A DNA stretch of 64,000 nt, taken from contig NC_042998.1 in assembly GCF_006345805.1 (NCBI RefSeq), positions 39,122,001 through 39,186,000 of the forward strand. Direction: 5' to 3'. Below, one piece after another: positions 27,101-40,500 of this stretch. The DNA is from Octopus sinensis (Eukaryota). How positions within the stretch are numbered: position 1 is the first letter of the stretch; the number at the start of each line of letters is the position of its first letter. Under the pieces are notes generated by a model, which was not told the DNA's origin, did no database searches, and was given only the letters and a program-made list of their open reading frames with translations. A program made the translations under genes and the position numbers.

Positions 27101-30100
27101 CAGCACTGTTTTCTGCAAGTGCTCTACCCTTATTGCAGCCCCTATTTGTTCCATGTACTCCTCAAGAATTTTACTCACAGTAATACCCATCGTTGATCAG
27201 GTAATTACTTTTACTCTTTATCAAGAGCCTCATTCAAAGTGTTATTATATAGAGAGATTTACTCCTCCTGTATATTTTATAAGAACAAAAAACAAATAAT
27301 TGAAGTAGGAAAAAAGATCAACTTCATACACAAACTTCTGTTTGTTTATTTATCATCATCATTGTTTAACATCCGTTTTCCATGCTAGCACAGGTTGGAC
27401 AGTTTGACCGGGGTCTGGGAAGCCAGGAGGCTGCACCAGACTCCAGTCTGATCTGGCAGTGTTTCTACAGCTGGATGCCCTTCCTAACGCCAACCACTCT
27501 GTGAGTGTAGTGGGTGCTTTTTACATGCCACCAGCACAGGTGCCAGGCGAGGCTGGGTGCAGCCACGATCGGTTGGTGCTTTTTACATGCCACCGGCACA
27601 GGTGCCATTGGAGGCTGGCAGTGGCCACAATCGGTTGGTGCTTTTTACGTGCCACCAGCACAGGTATCACAACTACAATTTCCATTTGATATTTATTTTG
27701 ATGTTGGATGTTTATTATGTGACAATAATAATGAGTTGTATGTGTTATTTTGTATATCAATACAGTAATGGCAATTATATAATACCACCATGACTGATAT
27801 CCAATCTACAGTGGAGAAGGCTAGCCACTGGATTTGGTTAAAAAGAGACAATGAGCAATGGCTAGAAGGATATTGAGTTTAACTTCATAACCAGCTGATC
27901 TAGCAAGCGGCACTTCATATCAGTGAGGATGGCCGGTGCGCATTGATGCCGTCGAGAGGTAGGCCCCGAAACGGCGCGCATTCTCTCCTGATGACCCCAT
28001 ACACTTGCTGGCTTCCGGTATACGGAGCTCTTGACTGGTAGCACTTGCATGTGCAAGTTGTTTGCAAGACATCAAGGCTTTTGTCAGCATGGAGCTGTAA
28101 TAAAATAGAATTGCCCAACGTGCTACACAGTGGGACTGAACCCAAGGTGACATTGTTGGAAAGCAAGCTTCTCAACCACACAGCCATGCCTATAAAGGAT
28201 ATTTGGGATAATATACTGCTCAATACAATATGCTTAACAAAAAGTTGGGATGTTTACGGTGAAAAGACCTTTGATTTTAATATTTACTTTTGTCAACGCA
28301 ACAACTAACAACACAACACCAATCAGGGTTTTCCAGAATTAATTGTTTCAATGAAATTGAGCAAATTTTTTTTTAAATGACAAAAATTTTATATTTATTA
28401 CCAAACGAAATAGATTTATAAATCTTACGTCAAACTTTTATTGAAAATTTTCAACATGTCTGTATCCCTGCATACTTTACATCTCTCCTTAACATTGTGA
28501 AACACATTTTGAAGCATTTCAAGAGTTAGCTCCTGCACTGCTAACTGAATGTGTTCTTTAAGCTCAGCTAAACGGTTACTCCATCTTGGGGATGGAGGTA
28601 AAGAAAATGATTGCTGCCAAATTAGAAAAAAGCTGTCATGGACAAACGAGAGGGGTCCAACACGAATGAAAATAAAATTATAAGCAAAATTCAAAATTTA
28701 TATACTTTTAACACATATTAAACATGATAAACATAAATAAAAGTGAGTTTTAAAAAACTGCATCCAATTTCACTCAAATCATTGTTATTTCTGGAACACC
28801 TTGTATTTACTCGTTCAACAAAATAGGGGATGGAACACGGGGGGGGGACTAATTGCAGGTGGTGAGTGTAGTTTCCAGAAGTGGTTATGCGTTCAAATTC
28901 AAATGGCTGTGAATCATAACAGCAGTTTATTTTTTTTGTATGAACATTTTGTATTATATAGTTTAGGCATGGAGAATAGATGAATGGGTTTGTTGTGCTT
29001 TTACCCAGCTGCACACACATGCACATGGCCTGGTGGTGTGCAGGATGGTAACATGAAGCATCAACTGGACACTGACAAAGATTTGAAGGTTCTTCTCATT
29101 TCCTCTGCCAAATTGAACAAAAAGGTTTTCATGAAATATTATATGCTACTTATCATGCATAAGTAATGTCAATATTTTATCATTGGAAAATGGCCTAAAA
29201 CAAAGATAAAACTCAATGCAGTATACTTGAATCTGATTAATCTGCAATTTTACTGTGGGTGGGGGGGGTCGTAGTTAGCATCGGAAATTCTTTTTAGTCA
29301 ACAGCAATTCAAGGAGCCTGATTAATATTTGTTGCAAATTTGGAGGAAAATGATTGGATACTCTTCAAGCTACGGGCCTTAACACTGTGAAAATGCTTAA
29401 AAAATGGGGCTTATCTGCCCCTAGGCCCACATTAGGCAAGAAGTTGAAATTTGTTGGCCCATGACACTCCATGGATCCTATGTAATGCATGTGTAAAATT
29501 GGTTGGGTGGATCCTGAGTTTTAACATGACAAACACACAGACACACATCCAGTATATATATATATATATATATATACTTGAATCCCCTGACTCATTTATC
29601 AAATAAAAGTAAACTTACAGAGATTGTTATCGGTGGTTGTAATATTGTTGTATTTTCGGTTATATCTGATGTATAAGGTTGGTTCTGGAAAACAGGACCA
29701 TTATCATTGACATCTGTTATCTGAACTTCCACCTCCACAGAGTCTACTTGTCTTCCTTTACCTATGTTTTCAGCAATCGCCAGAAGATTATAAGTTCGCT
29801 GTTTCTCATAATCCAGGCCTTTCAACAAAGTCACTACGCCATCATTGCTAACTGCAAAACTAAAAACGCATTTGATTTTAAAATTAAATACACAAATTTT
29901 TACTGCTTTCGCATAAATACTCATCTATGATGATGAATATTGAAGTATAAATATAGATATATTTATATGAATAGATCCAACTTATACAGAGTACAAATGA
30001 CAATTAAAGGGGTGGAAGAAAGGTGTTATAAATCCAACAGCTGTTTCTGGAGGCTTGGAGATCCATAATAATGTTGGTAGATGTTATATTGCTCTAATTA

Positions 30101-33100
30101 AGTTCTGATTAGGTATCGAACTGAGTTTGGTGACTTTTGCAGATGTATTTGTATTTTGTTAATTAGTACAAAAAATAGTTCTAATTTGCATACTGCTTTG
30201 TGTTGCACATGGACTTTTGGGTTCTGCTTTAATCAGCGTGTATTTTTGAGAATATATTGCTCACATATTCATTCCATTTTTGGTTAATTGACATTTGAGT
30301 AAATTGATAATTCTGTATTAAAACATAACAGAGTTATTTTGGTGACGAGGATGAGATCTGCTGTTTGATTTAATCAGCATTGCTTACCGTACATTACGAA
30401 ACGGAAAAGCTTGTCGAACTTCTACAACAAATTTCCATTCAAGAGAAATGCTTGGAAGATCAAGAATACCGTTACAAAGAACAACGTAAAGAACAACAGT
30501 GCCGTCATGAAGAGCAAATGAAACTCTTACAAGAGATGATTGGAAAACCTTTCACAAGTACTGGGTCTGAGTCAGTCATTTCTACTTCTCATGTTGCCAC
30601 GCCCAGTTTTTCTGCATTTGATTCTACTTCGGAGCTATGGACTGACCACTGGTCAAGGTTTTGCACTTTTACCAAGGCGCATTCAGTACCTGACAGTAAG
30701 AAGCCTAAAGTTTTCTTTACTACTCAATCTTCTACCATGTACAAGATGTTATCCAATCTGGAGGCACAAGAAACACCACCAAGAAACATCTATGATCTTA
30801 CGATGGACCAAATCTCCGACTACACGAAGCGACAATTTGATCCGAAACGATTTGTTGTGTGTGAGAGATTTCACTTCTGGAGTGACATGAAGCGCAAACT
30901 GGGTGAATCAATTCAAGAATTAGCTACTCGTATTTGCCAGGCTGCTGCTACCTGTGATTTTACGTCAATCAAGGATCTTCTGGATGAAGCGTTATGAACA
31001 CATTTTCTTTGCTCAGTCAACAACGAAGCTGTGCTAAAAGCGCTTTTCAAACTCAATGCCAATGAACTTACATTCAATCGAGCAATTAAAGTCGCTATTG
31101 GGACAGAGGATGTGGCTAAAGTTGCTAAAGAAACCGTCTACAGTTCTATTCCTACGCAGGTAAAAAAGACGGCAAGTTCTAAGCCAGCCGAGGACAAGTC
31201 GAAACAGAAACAGAAGTGTTATTGCCGCGGGAAAACTTCTCATCTTGCTCCCGATTGCCATTTCAAAAATGCTACTTGTAATTATTGCAAGATTCAAGGG
31301 CACTTAGAGTCAGTATGCTGGAAGAAAGCACGGTTGCAAAATCCTAGTAATGCCGGTAATATGGTAAGAAGTCTAGAAATTTGTAGCCTTTCTGCTGTTT
31401 CTGATAATTCTTGCAGGGTTCCCCAATTACTTGTTCCAGTCCACATCCATTCCAAGCTGGTGCACATGGAGCTGGACACTGCGACAGGAGGAAACTTCAT
31501 TTCAGAAGAATTATGGTCAGAATTGGGAAAACTGGAACTTCAATTAGCAACCTTGCTGTATCAACCGGCTAGCAAACACGCTCTTCCAATCATAGGTACT
31601 TTCGGGGGTCAAACCAGTGTTGAACCCCATGCTGATAAAACTTGTGCCATTACATACCATGTTTCCAAAGTTCAGAACTTGAACTTATTAGGACGAGATG
31701 CTATTACGAAGCAAAAGATTTCAATTGACGAGCTTCTGTTTTCCAGGGTGCTATCTTCTCATCTCCGCGAAGTAGATGCACATTTGCAAGAGGCATGTTC
31801 GAAACTTTGCAATGAGTACGCGGAGTTGTTCAAGCCAGAGTTGGGCTGTTTTCAAGGTTTTGATCTGGATGTGCAATTCAAATCCAATGTTAAACCTGTT
31901 TTCTGCAAACCAAGGTCTGTTCCTTTCGCTCCAAGCTGATTTAACTCAAGCTATTAAGGCTGGCATAAAGAAAGGAATTTGGACTCTGGTTCAAATCAAT
32001 GAATGGGTTAGTCCGGTTGTTCCAGTCCAAAAGAAAAAGACGTCACCAACTTCAGGTACACCCTTACGAATTTGTAGTGATTATTCTGTGACAGTAAATC
32101 CTCAGCTGGAAACTCATTGACATCCGCTTCCATCACCAGAAGATCAAATGCAAAAATTAGGAGAAGGTCATGGATTCACAAAAATTGATCTCGCAGATGC
32201 TTAGAACCAAATCAAGTTTGCTCCAGAGAGTCGAAGACGTCTAGCTTTAAGCACTCACCGAGGAGTTTTACTTCAAAATGCCATTTGGAATTTCTTCAGC
32301 CCCCAGGTATTTTCAAAGATAATGGATGGCATCACGAACGATCTACCAGGTGTTGGTGTCTACTTAGATGACATATTGGTCAGTGGTCCAGATACAGAGC
32401 ATCACTTACAGAACCTGAAATGTTTACTTCAGTGTCTACAGGGAAAAGGTTTTCGATGTCGCAGAGAGAAGTGTCAGTTCGCCCAACCCAAAGTGGAACA
32501 TTTGGGACACATACTTTTCAAACAAGGCATTTCCAAAGGTCCCCAAGTAGATGCTGTCATCAACATGCCGGCACCCAAGGAGGTATCTGTGTTGCAGTCA
32601 TTTTGGGGATCAGGGCAATTCTATTCAAAGTTTTTGCCTCCTAGTTTTTCTACAGTTGTTTCACCTCTCTACAGGTTCTTGCATGATGAAGTTGAGTGGA
32701 ATTGGGATGAAGCAGAACAAGCTGCTTTCCTGAGATTGAAGGACCTCCTTACATCCGATTCAGTTCTGGCTCACTTTGATCCCTCTGTGCCATTGGGAAT
32801 AACATGTGACGCATCCAGTATTGGTATTGGAGCAACCTTGTTCCATTGTTATTCAAATGAAAAACCAATTGCTAATGTCTCCAAGCTCCTTTCTGCATCT
32901 CAACGCAATTACAGCCAGATACAAAAGGAGGCCCTGGCAATAGTTTTTGCTCTAAACAAGTTTTATCAGTATATTTTTGGCAGATCATTCATTCTGGTAA
33001 CAGATTATAAACCACTCCTGTCAATTTTTGGTCCTAACAAGCCGGTGCCAGGTTTGGCTGCCAATTGTTTAGCTTGCTGGGCACTTTTTCTCAACCAATT

Positions 33101-35399
33101 TTCCTATGTCATAGAGTATTGAAAAAGCAACCTTCATCAGAATGCAGATGCTCTTAGCTGCATTCATGTTGGAGAGGACTCCATCTTTGATGGGGAGGAA
33201 GGCATGGATGATACCGACATTGTGTGTGAAACGATTAGTTTATAAGTCCAGCCTACAGATTCGACTTGAGTCAGAAAGGAGTCCTCCAAAGATCCAGTTT
33301 TGGCACGAGTGATGCATTTTACATGAGAAGGTTGGCCTTCATGTCTTGACTCTGATGATCCAGTAAAGCAATTCCGAAAGCTTTCCCAATCTTTGAGCAC
33401 GTGTCATGGATGTTTACTGTACGGCACGAGACTAGTCATTCCTACCAGTCTATGAAAACAAATCTTACATCTGCTACACACAAGTCATCTCCGTATGCAA
33501 CAGATGAAGCAATTTGTGCAGATGGCAGTATACTGGCCAAACATTGATGTGGAAATCGTGGATCTTTGCCACTGCTGCACTTATTGCAGTGAACACAGAA
33601 AGGCACCGCCTAAACCAGCAATTCATCCATGGATAATGCCTGAAAAGCCTTGCTCTCGTTTGCATGTAGATCATGCCATCAACTTTATGGGGCGTAATTG
33701 GTTAGTAGTCACTGATGCACACACTAAATACCCTTGTAGCCATGCCACTACTTCAGTTTCCAGTAAGACTACAACGGATTTGTTAGAAAGCTCCTTCATG
33801 TATCACCTGGTTAACTATACAGGTGACAAGGCTATAGCCGACACTGCCAGATATTTTGAGCATCTCTTTCCCTGTCTTCATACTATTAATTGCTTTATCT
33901 ACCAAAGCACTGTCAACTCAGCTGGTCTCTCTGTTGGGTCAACATTCGGCAGACTCTCTTTCTCCCATTCATTCTCTTTATTGAGCAACCTTTCATAGTG
34001 GTGTCTCCAAACCTCTCTCTTTGCAGCCTTGTTTAATGCAAGTGAACCATCATCCATGCGGATACATTTCTCTCCTGTGACATCACTGTCTTGCAACACG
34101 AAATACCTCAAGTCTTTGGTCCTTACGGCACAGAACATTGGCAAATTTTTTCTTATCTGCTTCCCCTCTGGCTAAATAAACCTGTCTCCTAGCTTCCCTT
34201 CTGGCAGTCTGATACAATTCAAGTAGGTATATTCGTTCTAAGAATGAGTTTTTTTAGGAAGGATAAATTTAGGAAGTGATTCTTATTTTGTTTACATATA
34301 AATACACGTTATGTTTGTGTTTACAGTGGTGGGTTTGAAAGTATGGACCGTGCTTCAGAGGTGGAAGTTTATATGTAGGATGCCAGTTGGTACTAAAGAG
34401 AGTATGGCACCAGGTGGTGACCAAAGTACGGTGTTCGTGTTCATTATTTTTTTGATCAACAAGTCCCTGAATCCTTGTGTGCAGTGGTTATGGTCACCAT
34501 ACTTTGGTCACCAGCTGGTGCCATACTCTCTTTAGTACCAACTGACATCCTACATATAAACTTCCACCTCTGAAATACGGTCCATACTTTCAAACCTACC
34601 ACTGTAAACACAAACATAACGTGTATTGATCTGTAAACAAAATAAGAATCACTTCCTAAATTTATCCTTCCTAAAAATACTCATCCTTAGAATGAATATA
34701 CCTACCTATCCACAACTGGACAAAATAATATGAATCTTGGAAGGCAACACTCGAAGTCTATGACTTATTTCTCTTTCCTAGACCTAATCCATTCTACTAA
34801 ATTTTACTCCTCTCACACCCTAAGTTTTGCTCCTATTCTTCTTATGTCATCTTCAATAAGAAAAACATACTGTACCTTTTAGTAACTGACACTTGTATGT
34901 ATCAGCTCTCCTAACTATTTAGACCCTCTGATGAAGCCTAGAGGCACACTCAACATCCAAACTCTATCTACCCATCCCTACAGAAAACTGAAGAGATGGA
35001 GATAGCATGGAGGATATCGTGGCCTCTTGGCAGAAACGGCCGTAAGGAACTGATCTTTCAAACTTTTACTCTTTTATATATTACTAGTATATATTTGTGT
35101 AGCACACAGTCTTTGCATGTGTATCTATTCTTATAATACTCCTTTTTGTTTTAGAATAAATAGACATAATAGAATGTCTACCAGCTGATGTATGTCATTT
35201 TTGTATCCCCTCCATTTTCTTTTTGCCGTATAAATTAAGGGTAAACCACTTTTTACCCCTGCCTGTATATGACACTTGATTGTGAAATTGCCACGCAATA
35301 ACCAGCACTTGGGTATTAATAATTGGGCACACTACCAGCAGTGTATTGCATAGGTGCTATCCCCTATTTGGTTGGCTTCCCAACCTGTAACTCTCATGG

Positions 35400-35446
<47 letters not shown>

Positions 35447-37515
35447 GGGGGGGGAGTAGTGTGTTTCTACATGAGCAAAACTTTGGTTGCGTACCTATTT
35501 GACTGCAAAGGGTTGAATATGTGAGTATATGTGTGTATCATGCGTGTGAGTGTAGATGTGCGTTTTACAGAAAAAATAGTGTAGTGATGGAATTCAAAAG
35601 GAATGCAGTTCTATCAAACAACTCTAAACTGTAAGAACCGTTGCACCATCCAATAATATCATGAAACATAACAGGTATGACAGCCAACAACTTCAAAGCA
35701 AGATTTACCTAACTCATATACTCCTTTATGTGTAGGAATCAAGATAAATTCTACTCCTTTGTTCTGCTACATTTTGATTAGTGGAATGATCTCTCCAACA
35801 TTACACAGAGCATTATTGGCAAGGCCCCTTCTATGCTTTCATGGAGTTGTAACTGAAAACTCTGCCCTTGTGAAAAACTGCGCATACTCAACAGAAAAAC
35901 CGACTTATCTCATTGTTGCCCCTAGAAATATGCCATGTTAATGAACCTTAAACCATTTGCTGATGTTAACCCAAAAATATCATCCTAGCTGATCCATGCA
36001 CAATTTCAGGATATATAATCCTTGATGTCCATAGAGAAATTGCAGTCTACTGGCAGCCATGTTTCTCATACAAACTCACCTGTAACCTGACACTATCAAA
36101 CCGCTTACTTTTCCACATAGTGGCTGTTGTCGCTAAAATGTCACACCCTACAAAATGCAGACTGAGACCAACATCCTGTCTGTCTTTTTCTTTTTCATTC
36201 GTTCAGAAATGGATCTGAGAAGATCATGTGTAATCCCTCAGTGTCTAAGATCTCCAAAAACAGATACTGACATAATTTTTTTTCAATATTTGAGAAGCTT
36301 GATAAAAGGAACCACACTTTAAGGACAAGCTTTAAAAAAATTCAGAAAAGGCTCGAGATTAAAGGATTTTGTACTGGCTATGAATTTAGAAATATTCTGG
36401 TCTGGTTACTCTTTTACCTGTTTCAGTCATTTGACTGCGGCCATGCTGGAGCACCGCCTTTAGTCGAGCAAATTGACCCTGGGACTTATTCTTTGTAAGC
36501 CCAGTACTTATTCTATTGGTCTCTTTTGCCGAACCGCTAAGTGATGAGGACGTAAACACACCAGCATCGGTTGTCAAGCAATGCTAGAGGGACAAACACA
36601 GACACACAAACATATACATACACATACATACATATATATATATACATATATACGACAGGCTTCTTTCAGTTTCCGTCTACCAAATCCACTCACAAGGCAT
36701 TGGTTGGCCTGAGGCTATAGCAGAAGACACTTGCCCAAGATGCCACGCAGTGGGACTGAACCCAGAACCATGTGGTTGGTAGGCAAGCTACTTACCACAC
36801 AGTCAAGATTTGCTATATAACAGAAGGCTTTCTTGTTTACAGATTGAATCGTCCTTCTTTGATACGTGAGTCAGTCATACAAGTTTTCCTTATGCATAAT
36901 CGCAAGGTTTGAATGCCAAACAGTTATTTGACTACTGGGACATGGACACAGTGAATCCATATTGAGATTAAAATTTCCTCTATTTTTTTTATTTTTTATT
37001 TGTTTCTTTCACTTTGTCACTCAGGGAAATCTCAACAAACAGTTCATTTAAAAAGAAAAAGCTCTAAGAAAACTTACAAGTCACTTCCTTGCCCATTCAG
37101 TTTGTAGACTATTTGCTTATTTATTCCAGAATCTTGATCGGTGGCCTATAATAAAAAAAATACTTTCATCTTATGCTTAAATTCTTCTGCACATAGTTAT
37201 ACGTCATCATTTTGTGTAAATGTTATTTCTGTCTTAGCATTAAATGAGGGCGAATATACACGAACCCACTGAAGACGTGCAGGGACACTGCTACTGTTGG
37301 ATCGTATTAATGCAATAATGTGTATAATTTGTGAAACACTCAGCAACTGCCAGCTCATACCAATGCACAGAAACAGTTGTAGTGATCCAGATTAAAGCCC
37401 ATCCATTCTATCTTTTTTTGTAGTACGATTGATTTTATAAAAACACTTGTATTCTTGTGTCTATACCTGTGACTACCTCTGTTTGTGTTTACGTATATCT
37501 CTACGCCTGCATGTC

Positions 37516-37565
<50 letters not shown>

Positions 37566-40500
37566 TTTATGTTTTCCTGTACATTCCTTTTCTAGGCATG
37601 TCGAAATGTCTGGGTCTTTAAAAATTGACATAATCGTGGGGACTATGCGGGAGAACTTATTCATGATGATTCAGTAACTAAAACACAGAAATAATTGTCC
37701 GTAACTTATAGTTTTCAATCCGTATTGGTAATAAGGAGAAAAACTGATGATAATGGAGATATAGAGACGTGATGACAGCACAGACGATGATGATGACAGG
37801 AAAGATGACAACGACAATGTGGTTGTCGTTATTGTCATCACCATTATCATCATCATCATCAGCGTTGCCGTTGTCATTGCAATCGTCGATATTATGCTGC
37901 AGGGTAACAGTGAAATTCATATAAACTACTTACAGACAAAGTGAGTACAGTGGTTCCAAGTTGTGAGTTTTCTGGCAAAGAAGCTTTATAGATATCCTTT
38001 TGAAACACAGGAGCATTGTCGTTCTCATCCAGGAGATTTATATAAACTAATGTTGAAGAACTCAGAATTTTTGTGCTGTTTATTTGCTGAGCTGTAATCT
38101 GAAACAAAACAATATCAATAATTTAAGCAATCAAGACAGCGAGCTGGCAGAATTGTTAGCACGCTGGGCAAAATGCTTAGCAGTATTTCATCTATCTTTA
38201 TGTTCTGAGTTCAAATTCTGCCAACTTCAACTTTGCTTTTCATCTTTTTGGGGTCGATAAATTAAGTACCAGTTGTGTACTGGGGGTCGATCTAATTGAA
38301 TGGCCCCCTCTTCCAAAATTTCAGGCCTTGTGCCTAGAGTAGAAAAGAATATTTTAACCAATCATGAGGCTGCAAGCTGGCAGAGTTGTTAGCACAGCAG
38401 GCAAAATGCATAGTGGTATTTCATCTGTCTTTAAGATCTGAATTCAAATTCCGCCGAGGTCCACTTCACCTTTCATCCCCTTCAGGGTCGATTAAATGAG
38501 TACCAGAACTGTTGCAGCTCCAAGCAATACTGCTTTTGGTAGGTGTTCTATCCTTACATTTGTACCAATCTTTCTGAGCCACATCAGTTGAGTGCTGGCA
38601 CTTCCTAATGCACCAATCACCCTCTTACCTATTAAACCTGAAAATGTCTGTGTGTGTGTGTGTGTCCTCATTTTGTGCCAAAACGGCTCGATCGATTTTT
38701 CTTAAACTTCACACGCACATTGCTTATGTGTCAGGGGAGGTTTTAAGTATAAATTGATTTCGAGAAAATGTCCAGGTAAACAGCGGGAGGAATAACATTT
38801 GGGTGCAGTTGAACGGCAGATGTAATTATTTTTAAGCTTCCAAGGGAAATAACCCATTCCCTCCTTCATAAATTATTCAGTAAAAATGAAATTGAGTATG
38901 CTTATTTCTTAGTATTTGAACTATTTTAGTTATTTTCTCAATTTATCCAGTAAACAAGTAAATAGTATTCTCCTTAACAACAGATCCACTTATTTTGATT
39001 AATGACTTATTCACAAATATACTAACACTAGTGCTGCTGAGGGTAATTAGTTGGTATTATGTCGAAAAATTTTAAGCTATTATTATTATTATCATCATCA
39101 TCATTATTATCATCATTATAGCTTTCTTTTTGTATGTAATTGAGTAAAGTAGTTTGTTGAATGTCACAGAAATGAAATACCTTTAAAAAAGCTTCCCACT
39201 TTTTCTATTACTTTAGCTCTGCTTACCTCAACCATCTGACTCCGGTATTTTGGAATGTCATAATCCAACATTTGCGGTTTTATAAGCACAAGATTAACAA
39301 CTGCAGATTTGATTCCAGTGTTTGTTGACAAACCAAAAACTCCAGGGAAACTTTGCGCAGTAATTTCTAACGAAAACATGGCATTGATATCCTGAAAAGT
39401 ATTACAACAGAAAGAAAAGAAAAAAAATCAGACAGTGGTAAATTTTCATTTTGTTCAAAACTCAAAGGAAATCTTAAACCTTTTTTTGACGTGTCAGGAA
39501 AATTTTCCGTGAAGGAGGAACACAAGTAAACTGCAAGCTAGATAACTCATTTTAAAGTAATTACCATTCTCTAATTGATAGGTTAGTTGATTGAAGTTGT
39601 CTTTACAAGAATACAGCTAATCTTTTTTTTTTCTACTCTTTGCAGTTTATTTATAGGCCTTTTACAAAGCCAATACAACTCTTATCTGTATTAATTTGTA
39701 TGTTAAACTGAACCCAAATATAAACAGCATGTTCTGAATCTCTCTGCCGTCTTTCAGTCTGGTTTATTGTTGATGTCAAACCATTGAGTTCAGCAATATC
39801 CTACTTGTCTTGGATATGTTTCTCTAAACAACTTCAATTAGAAGAATATGATTTACAACTGTTGCTCAACAATTTCCTGTGCATATGACAGTCAATGTGA
39901 TTTCCATGAATGAGAGATCTAATTTGTGCCTCCTCTTCTAAGTCAAGTTTTATTTAGGTAAATTCCCTGCAATCATATAACCGATTAGTGCTTTATCATC
40001 TCATCTTGATGAAAATGAGCAGACTTCCCCAAATAGACAAGTCAAAGAAATATTTTCATTAAGATAACTAGATTGTGGGTTTAACTTATACGGTACACTG
40101 TGTTAATCAGTTATTATTTGCGATACAGTTGGTGCTTGTGTGACTTCAGAGTTGATAGATGACCTTAGACAGCCAAGAAAAGGGGACGTTTGCTGGAAAG
40201 GATGACAATAAGAAAATAACTATTGACAGATACAACATAACAAGGGTATTAGTAGTAGTGGTGGCGGTGGGGGTGGGGGTAGTAGTGGCGGTGGTAGTAA
40301 TAGTAGTAGTAGTAGTAGTAGTAGTAGTAGCAGTAGTAGTAGTAGTAGTAGTGGTTGTAGTGGTGGTGGTGGTGATAGTTTTGTGATGATGATGATGACA
40401 ACAACAAGAATGATGATAATGATGATGATGTTGAGAAGGAAGAGGAGGAGGAGGAGAAAGTAAAGTAGCAGTAGAAGGAGTACTGACTGAGTCTTTATCA

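Noticed and set aside
36080-36148. Candidate exon ending CAG|gtgagt
   Set aside because: The only open frame is phase 1/0 and non-cadherin; exons m and n join without it.
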